Below are positions 55,380 through 64,000 of a stretch of DNA of 64,000 nucleotides, piece by piece (the stretch's first letter is position 1; the number at the start of each line of letters is the position of its first letter). Made by a program: the position numbers and the translations under genes. The stretch comes from Eledone cirrhosa (lineage: Eukaryota). The stretch spans positions 262,880,001 to 262,944,000 of the forward strand of contig OZ024742.1 in NCBI GenBank assembly GCA_964016885.1. The letters are read 5' to 3'. The notes beneath the pieces were generated by a model. The model ran no database searches. It was not told the DNA's origin and saw nothing but the letters and a program-made list of their open reading frames with translations.

Positions 55380-57145
55380 CCCTTAAAGATCACAAGGTAG
55401 ACTTTGCTTCTAATCCCACTTGTAGACTACTGAACCCGGCACATACAGAGATGGGGCTAGTCAGAAAGGCTATAGTTAGTAACATAGTTAAGACTATTAG
55501 GACTAAGTCCAACCTGTCCCAGTGGGAGAACAGTGATTGTGGTTCAACTCTTTCAGCTCCAAAAAAGCGAAATTCACTCAATTCGACCTTGTGGTTGTTA
55601 TCTCGGCGACCCTGTTGAACAAAGCATTGGACTTTGCCACCACTTACACCACCGTCAATGATTTAGACAGAGAGATCATTGCACATTGCTGGAAAATCCT
55701 CCTCTTCAACAATGGAGTAGCCTGGACAAAGAAGTCAACTACTTCAGAACTATTTAACGTATCAATGTGATCATTTGATAGTGCTGATATATGTGACTTG
55801 GTTGGCTTATTTATTTAAGATACATTATGAACTAGATTCCCAGACTTCCACATGAGCTTATACCACAACAATGGTCTGACCCTATCGAGCCATAAAAGTG
55901 GTCACGACCTGGACCGTTTTAAAAAAGGTTTAATTGTTACATTTAATGAGTTAGGATGTAGGATAACAGTAGCTACTAACCTTACTAGTGTAGATTACTT
56001 AGACATAAATTTAGATCTTCACACACACACCTTAAACACTTCCAAAAACTAAATTATATACACAAGGACTCATGCCACCCACCTACAGTTTTTAGAAACA
56101 TCGTGAAAAATATCTGCACTAGAATCTCTAACCCCTCCTTTAATAAAATAATCTTTGACAGAGCGGCACCCTACTACAACGCGGAGTTAGCTAACATCAG
56201 CTTCTCCCAACCAATTGTTTACTCCCCTAACGCCAACAACAATAGGAAAATAAATTATGCTAATAGAAAAATAATTTGGTTCCCCCCACTTCTCACTCAA
56301 GTTTAAAACTAATATAGGTAAAAGATTTTTAGCTCTCTTAGATAGACACTTCCCCATAGGTCATAAATACCGCTCCATCTTTAACAGATACAAGGTGAAA
56401 CTAGGATACTACTGTGCTAAGAATATGAAGGCCCACATCAGCAACAACCCTAATAGCAGAACCCCACCAGGATGCTCTTGCTGAAGGCCTGAAGTTTGTC
56501 CCCTTCAACAACAATGTAACACACCCGCTGTAATTTACAAAGCTGTGGTCACTTCTAACTGACCAAATCAACAACAAGAGGTCAAATCCTATGTAGGTAT
56601 GTCGGAGGGCTGGTTTAAAGAACGTTTCCTGAATTATCTGTTGACTTTCAGATACCCAGACAAATGATTGTCCACGAAGCTCGCAAGCCACGTATGGTCC
56701 CTCAAGGACACAGGCATGGGTTACTCCATTCAATGGAAAGCTATTACTAAGTCTAAACCATACAGAAAAGGAAATCTGTCTTGTGGGCTGTCTATTGAAG
56801 AAAGAATCAATATCCTGAGAAGATTGCACAATAGCACTTGTCTAAATTCAAGGAATGAGCTTTTTTCGTGTTGTCCGCACGTTTGGAAACACCTATTACC
56901 TAATTATAAAGCTCCCGACTGACTAACATGAATAATCTATTATTATTCTGAGTTTCCACAATCATATCCCTTCACCAATATAACGTGGGTTACCTCCCCT
57001 TTGGGAAATGACTTCTACACATGCATATTCGTACAATTGTTTTTCATTTTCCATACATTCTCATTTCGATCAAGCTGATGATCCGACTAAGGTGAAACAA
57101 TTGTTCTCAGAAATGGTCAATTAACTGTTGTGGAACTACTACTTC
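55380..57145 (+). pseudogene. Decayed Penelope-like element (RT + GIY-YIG, probably Naiad-type) in a lin-7 intron
   Basis: VDYLDINLDL, RKIIWFPP, CSC..CPL...C, YVGMSEGWFKERF, TKLASHVWSLK, C.LSIEE..CLNSRNELFSCCPH; many stops; hammerhead downstream. Confidence 0.82.
57062..57115 (+). ncRNA. Degenerate hammerhead ribozyme motif in the Penelope 3' repeat
   Basis: ag-CTGATGA-tccgactaaggt-GAAA-caattg-TT-ct; palindromic stem III; stems I and II weakened. Confidence 0.55.
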
Positions 57146-57156
57146 TATATATATAT

Positions 57157-57401
57157 ATGACTTGGGATGAGCTAATAAGAGCTGACTTTGCTCAATTACA
57201 TCTCACTAAGACGATAACACATGACCGTGACCTCTGGTGCTATGAAGTATTACAGAAGACCTGCCTACTATTATTCCTAACGTCACTATGTGGTTGGCAT
57301 TAGGAAGGGCATCCAGCTGTAGAAACCAAAATCAGTTCTGTGTGAGCGAATCACGGTCCCCAAGCTAGCATGGAAGATGGACGTTAAACAATGATGATGA
57401 T
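57157..57401 (+). mobile_element. Decayed RTE 3' fragment
   Basis: TWDELIRADFAQLHL, the aggaagggcatccag module and a (GAT)n tail. Confidence 0.75.
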
Positions 57402-58512
57402 ATATATAAGTGTACCCCTGGCATTCTTGGTCTCGACATTCACTGTCCCAGTTATACGTGGAATTTTCTTTAGAACCACCGTATATTTGCGGAATCGTAA
57501 ATATCTTCTGCAATTTTTTTAATGGCTTTTTTCATGGCAATATATATATTTTTTACGCTAAATTATAAATAACAATATACCATATTTGCTGGCCTATTAG
57601 ATGCTCCCTCTTTTTTTTTTGACGTTTATAGACATTTTTATGGACCACGTCCAATATTCATGGCTTTTTACTCTTTTTCATGGATGCTCTAAAATGTAAC
57701 CCCTGCAAATACCAGGGGACAGCTGTATATATATAATGATCGCCGTTGTCTTGAGCTCCAGCTAAGGACTTCCAGTAATACTCTTTAATCGTCCCCGTTT
57801 CTGTTTCATCAGATACCACTCACAAGACATTGGTTAATCCAAGGCCCCACAAGAGGATACCCAATTTTATAAGCTTTCATCTTCAATTTCTTTTGCTGTT
57901 TTTATGTTGGTTTTAAGTTTCAACTCAACGGAACCGAGATGTTTTCCTTAATCCTATCGGAAGTTAAAATCTCAGCATTGAATCAAAATTGAAATAAAAA
58001 TGAATGAATTAATGAATAAATAAATAAAACAGCAATGATTTTTTTACTAATTCAAATTTAATTTTATCCTCTCACATTTTAAAATTTCATTTCATTTCTT
58101 TTTTAAGTTTCCAACCCACTGAAAATAAAGTGAAACAATTAAAAAAAAAATATTTAATTCAATACTGGACATAGCATTATCTAATGTCCCAGATTCAGCT
58201 GACTCCATCTGACAGTGCCTCAAATGGGCCCCTATCCCAGGTTACAAACTCCAGCCTTGATTTTGAAATGCTAGGTTAGTTTTCAGCCTGTGTTGAAAAG
58301 GGAGGAGGAATGGAGCACAAGGTTAGCAACTTTATCTTCATTAATCAAATTGCTACAAGCTGCAACTATGACGAATGGAGATTTCTCATCATCTAATGTT
58401 CCATCGGGAGCAAAAGGAATTAAAGAAGAAGATCGAGGTTTATTAAATAAAAATAATCAAAATCACAAAGGAAACATTTTCCATCTTGGATTTTGTGAAG
58501 ACAGACACTTAC

Positions 58513-58567
58513 CCACAGCATTCTTGAGCAGTTCTACTGCTTTCTCATGATGTTCTCCTTCTACACT
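58513..58567 (-). CDS. lin7: Lin-7/Veli/MALS orthologue, penultimate coding exon (PDZ helix B)
   Basis: ttctcttgtacttacag | SVEGEHHEKAVELLKNAV+G | gtaagt; 55 nt; phase compatible with 54609; peptide matches the LIN7 PDZ. Confidence 0.95.
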
Positions 58568-61500
58568 CTGTAAGTACAAGAGAAATATGCAGAGATTTAT
58601 AGCTCCAATGTTTAACTACTTGTAAAACATTAACAGTTTTTATTTTTAAATTAAAAAAAGGCCAGTGTAAGTACAACACAAGATATCCTGTTCCCAACCA
58701 GTTAATGAAGGGACTTTGTTCCCAAATATTAATGACTATTCAATACCTCCACGGTAACATTCCAACAATTTTGTTATTGTTATTTTTAATATTTAATATT
58801 CTATTTGCATTGCTGTAACCTTCTACAAAAAGATACTATTTTCTACTTATAAAACATTGTTATGGTCTCATATCAATCCGATACAGAATGTTTATATTGA
58901 TTCACTAAGTCAGGATGTGTTTATAAACCTGATGATGTCTTCCAGTTTAAAATATAAATCATCATCAATGTGAATTTTCCATCATGTTTTGGAGTCAGTG
59001 ATTTTGTATTTTATACAACTTTTCTTCTTTTTTTTCAGATAATGTACCAAGGACTACATTATCCCAAGTTCTTTTTACTATTTATCAAGACAATCCATAC
59101 TGTAAAGTGGTGCTGGTGATAGGAAGGGCATCCAACCAGTATATTAATGCCAACAATTATGAGCACAACAGACAAATATTGATGATGATGATGAATAGAA
59201 TATGATTTGAGAGATATTTGTCTACTTCTAACAGACATAGTGACTACAAAAAAATCTCCATTATTGGCTTAGTGATTTGTTTATTTTCTACATTGGTCGT
59301 GATTGTTGTTGTTCTTGTTACATTGGCAAAAGTTATATGCATACATATATGTTGGACTTTCTGCATAGTTTCTGTCAACCTAATTTCCCTTAGACCCCCT
59401 CAACTTCCTTCATCCCCACTCCACTTTCCACATCCAACAGCTCCAGCCATCATGGAATGACAGCCCTCCCTTCCTCTTTCCAGCATGGAGGGACTGTCCC
59501 CACCCACGCCTCCTAATGACATGGAAAATGGATGTTAAATGGTGATAATTATGAAATATTAGGTTTCATGTTATATTTGGCATACAAAAAATGTTTAATA
59601 GAGTTGTCACAATAATACAAATATTAAAATAAGCTTAACACATGAACTGAGCAGCAGCAACTCTATAGATATAACCTATTATTCTTTCTAGTGGAGAGGT
59701 GAAGCAGAAACAAAGACAGGAAAAAGAGCTTGAAATGCTGCAAACTTAAGATTTGAAGATTCATTCCACAATAATTAAACTTAAAGAACTATAAGTTCGA
59801 CCTTCCAGGGAGAATCAAACATTTTTAACAATGCCATTAGAGTGTTTAAATTATTTATATAAAAGCTATTATTCTACAAGTTATTATTCTTCCATAACGC
59901 CCAACCTACTAAACTAAATAAGGCTCTATCATATGCTTACAAACATACTGATCTAACCACGGATGAAATTGATATCATATTAACTGCTAGAAGAACTCTT
60001 GTTAACTTCTACAATGAGTATTGGACCCGCTCAGATAGAAATAGAAACTTTGACATTACCATGGGGTCATCTGATTCAGCGCAAATCACAGATCTTCTGG
60101 GGATTTTCATATTAAATATGATAAATAGAAAACTGCCGGAGATTACCGGTGGTTTATATAGAGACGATATTTTATTTACGGTTGTCAAACACAACAATAT
60201 TGAACTAAATAGAGTAAAGAAAAATATAATTGAATTCTTTAAATTTTACGACCTTAAACTAAAGGTAGAAAGTGGTACCAAAATAGTTAATTTCCTTGAT
60301 GTTATGTTTGACTTAAACTCTGGTTTTTATTACCCTTTCCATAAGCCCAATGAAAACTTAAATTACGTTAGTTATTACTCCAATCACTCTAAGTCAGTGA
60401 AAAAAGCAATTGTAAATAGCGTGCAAAAATGCATTAATAGAATATCTGCCAATAAAGCAATATTTGATGAAAATGCAGGATATTACAATGATGCGCTAAA
60501 AAAGGCAGGTTATAAAAATAATATAGAATATGTAGACAATAATAGTCCAAGTTCTAATCCTGATAAAAATAATGGCACATATAAACGAAATTCTATAAAT
60601 TCTAGTAATTATAATTCAAACACTTGTACTGTGTATAAATCGGGGAAAAGGACCAGAACTAAATCAGTTATATGGTTTGCCCCCCACTCCGCTTCTGTAG
60701 CAGTAAGAACACCAATAGCTAATATATTCTTTAAAGCTTTGGATAGCTCATTCCCTAGTCAACATAAATACCATTCCATTTTTAATAGACACACTATTAA
60801 ATTATCTTATTCTACAACTATGAATATGGCCCAAAACATCGCTAAAATAAACAGTAAAATTCTAAATCAAAATCAACATAATGATATTAATAATAGTGTT
60901 AATATAAATAATAATAAATCTAAATGTAATTGTAGAAATAAACCAGATTGCCCTCTGCAAAATAATTGTTTGGATAGAAATTTGGTGTATAAATGCACCG
61001 TAAAAACAGATCACAACACCAACAACTACATAGGAGCAACTTCTTCTACATTTAAGGCAAGATTTGCGAATCATAAATGCTCATTTTAGAATTCTAACAG
61101 GAAGTCTTCGACTTCTTTATCACAGCTTATATGGTCATTAAAAGACAAAAATTTAAAACACTCGATCTTTTGGTTGAAGCTTTGTAATAGTGGAGTTTAT
61201 GTCAACTCTTGTATATCAATTAACTGCAGCCTCTGTACAAAGGAGACCCTATTAATAATTAATAATTATGAAAACTTAATTAACAAAAAAAGTGAATTAT
61301 TCTCAAACTGCCTTCATAAAGCTTTGTCTACATTCCAAGCCTCACAAAAAGTCATGAAAAAACAGTAAGCAATCAAGCCTCATTTTCGACATCTATCATC
61401 AACTGTTGAACATATAAGTCATAACGGTTTATAAAACTTTAATAATGCTTTATCTTCTAATCATTTATAATGAAATTAATGTTCAAATGAATGACACTTG

Positions 61501-61816
61501 TTTGATGACTTGTTTACTTGATGGATATCCATACCCTATGGTTTTTTGGATATTTTTAACTTTGATTCAGATCTTTATTTTTCTGTCTCTGTTTTAAATA
61601 GTTTGGATATCTAACCTGTAAATTTACTGATTTTAATTTGAACTGTAGATCATTCATGCGTTTACACATTTTATATATATATATATTTTACTCATTTTGA
61701 GATGGCTTTTGGAGACTCAGAAAGTTTGGATTTGCGCTTTGCTTTTTTTATGTATATTTAAAAAACTATAATAGCTGACAAATATTGGTTTATTTCTCCA
61801 CTGAACTGGAGGTTAA

Positions 61817-62751
61817 CTACTAACAATGATTATAATCGCTGTTTTTATTAAATGTATACCGTTTCATTCATACCTAGTATATCTATATATAGTTTGTACA
61901 AATATCTTTTTCTAGTGTAATAACATAATCGTAGTTACATTTATATAAAACTACTAACAAAGATTATAATTATTATTCTTTATTAAATGTATACCGTTTC
62001 ATTAATACCTAGTATATCTATATATAGTTTGTACAAATATCTTTATCTAGTATAATAACATAATCGTAGTTACATTTGTATAAAACTAATAACAATGATT
62101 ATAATTATTATTCTTTATTAAATGTATACCATTTCATTAATACCTAGTATATCTATATATAGAGTAATAGAGAAGACCCGCCTTACCTAAATACAAAGTA
62201 AAACCTACTACAGTCAGTAGGCATCTCTAACAAAATACACCCCCGTCCCACCACCCCCACCCCATCCACACCGCCCCTTTCAATGTAAAGTTATGTTGGT
62301 GCCACAAAATCCAGGCCGAAACAAATGAGATCGTGTAGGTGTCACGACAAAAAAACACACAGTCCACGCTGTAATGTGACCATGTAGGCAACACGGTAAA
62401 AACCTCCCAGTCCCACACTGTAAATGTGGTTGGTGTTAGGAAGGGCATCCAGCTGTAGAAAACCCGCCAGACAGTCCACGCTGTAATGTGGCCGTGTAGG
62501 CAACACGGTAAAAATCTCCCAGCCCCACACTGTAAATGTGGTTGGTGTTAGGAAGGGCATCCAACTGTAGAAAACCCGCCAGACAGTCCTATGCGAGCAA
62601 GACAACCACTCTTGCCTCAAGTGGGAAAACTCCCGTCCAAACCCATGCAAGCATGGAACATGGACGTTAAACGATGATGATGATGATGATATAGTTTGTA
62701 CAAATATCTTTATCTAGGGTAATAACATAATCGTAGTTACATTTATATAAA
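61817..62751. repeat. 3 x ~135-bp tandem repeat, third unit interrupted by an RTE
   Basis: Units start at 61817, 61951 and 62086; unit 3 resumes at 62691. Confidence 0.9.
62163..62690 (+). mobile_element. Young RTE family A 3' fragment
   Basis: Near-identical to ~31795-32315; short (T)ATAG duplication at the ends. Confidence 0.92.
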
Positions 62752-63569
62752 TAATTTAAACATTCTAATGACATTATTACAATATATGAACAAATAATAA
62801 ACTATAGTCTTGCTATATTAAGATCAATACACACATATATATGGCTGAAAACTCTGACTTCTTTAAGTTTAATTATAAGACCAGTTAATACTTTAACAAT
62901 AAATATTTAACAATAAATTCCTTAATAGTTATAACAGTAAATATCTCATAAATTATATTATAGAAACTGTTGTCAATATTATAAGTAATTTTTGGTAAAG
63001 ATTACCTTTTGGGGGGATATCGAATATTATATGTATATTTTATTTCTTTTGCGGGTTTCGTAAATCCTTTAAATTTGTCTTCATAAAATTTGAATTTTAG
63101 AAATTTAACATAATTATATTATAATATTAATACAAATACCCATCAACTTTTAAAACCTAAGATTTGATTCTTTACCCTGAAATAACATAAATTAAATATT
63201 TTGAAAATTAACCGCCAACCCTATATGAATGTTTGTATAAACTTGAGTATTACTTCCCTTTGTCTCTCTCTCTCTTTAATTACCTTTCATTTGCCTTCTC
63301 AGGCTAAATACAAAATAAGTTATAACATCAGATACGTCTCCCTCTATGCCTTCTTCTCCCGCTTATTTCTATAGTATTTTTTTCTCTAACTGTTATATTG
63401 ATGTCATGTATTTCTTAAAATATATTACTCACACTCTCTCTATTGATTCTATTACGTTCTCTCATGTTCTCAATATTAGAGTATAAATATTGAGTTTTCT
63501 CATAAACTAATCACTACCTTGATTAAATCTTAACCATCTACCATGTCAGGGTATGTCATGTATCATTTT

Positions 63570-63634
63570 ATTTTATCTGATGAGGACGTACTGTTGAACT
63601 TAATTTAGTACCTCTGAAATATGTATAATAAAAT
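63570..63634 (+). ncRNA. Type I minimal hammerhead ribozyme motif
   Basis: attttat-CTGATGA-[gtact/agtac stem II]-GAAA-tatgta-TA-ataaaat; 7-bp stem I. Confidence 0.75.
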
Positions 63635-63774
63635 TTAATTGATCAAAAGAATATCTGTTTTGTAAATATTTGGAATTAATATTAATTAACTCTGGAAAAT
63701 ATTTTTCTGTAGAGTGCTTCCTATCTATTGTAAAACTCATTCTTTGATGTACTCATTGAATCTTGTTTAACTCT

Positions 63775-63778
<4 letters not shown>

Positions 63779-63817
<39 letters not shown>

Positions 63818-64000
63818 GCAGACATGCACATATATATATATATACACACATATATATATATACACACATATATATATACACACATATATACACATATCTA
63901 TATATATACACACATATATACACATATACATATATATACACATATAAACACATATATATATACATATATGTATATATATATATACATATACACACATATA
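63779..64000. repeat. C-interrupted (TA)n array
   Basis: Directly visible. Confidence 0.97.

Larger units (their letters stand above)
59870..63720 (+). mobile_element. 5'-truncated Penelope-like element (probably Naiad-type) with long AT-rich 3' region
   Basis: ORF 60061-61089 continues in frame past one TAG to 61368: MGSSDSAQ, GLYRDD, VNFLDV, CNCR..CPL...C, LVYKC..YIG, FKARF.NH, CSLC..E, NKKSELFSNC.H. Assigning the 3' region to the element rests on the hammerhead at 63570. Confidence 0.85.

Noticed and set aside
55760-61089. Selenocysteine read-through in Naiad-type elements
   Set aside because: The in-frame TGAs checked fall at Gly/Arg positions, not conserved Cys, and the stop at 61087 is TAG; this is ordinary decay.
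61817-62751. CRISPR-like array
   Set aside because: Eukaryotic context; head-to-tail 135-bp units with no unique spacers and no cas genes.

Overview
AT-rich animal genomic DNA. The SINE/LINE repertoire and very long (TA)n arrays suggest a mollusc, probably an octopus-like coleoid cephalopod (inference). About 1-53.3 kb is retroelement-dense. It holds RTE-clade LINEs of at least three families, including one intact ~1056-aa APE+RT ORF at 10617-13787(-) with a PHD finger inserted in the RT, plus two CR1-group LINEs, tRNA/CORE-type SINEs with RTE-derived tails, and kb-scale interrupted (TA)n arrays. All the YIYI-type ORFs are translations of these arrays. The only host gene recognised is a lin-7/Veli (PDZ) orthologue on the minus strand, with its last two coding exons at 58513-58567 and 54509-54609. 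Its introns contain a Hero-like LINE end and two Penelope-like (RT+GIY-YIG) elements. The most notable signals are: (i) minimal hammerhead ribozyme motifs, including a duplicated ~410-430-bp element that is a near-perfect palindrome with two opposed hammerheads; (ii) several other TA-embedded fold-back insertions, one in the probable lin-7 3'UTR; (iii) the RT-embedded PHD finger; (iv) evidence for RTE insertion into TA runs, SINE tail-swapping and gene conversion between inverted LINEs. Boundaries of decayed elements are approximate because they were read by eye.
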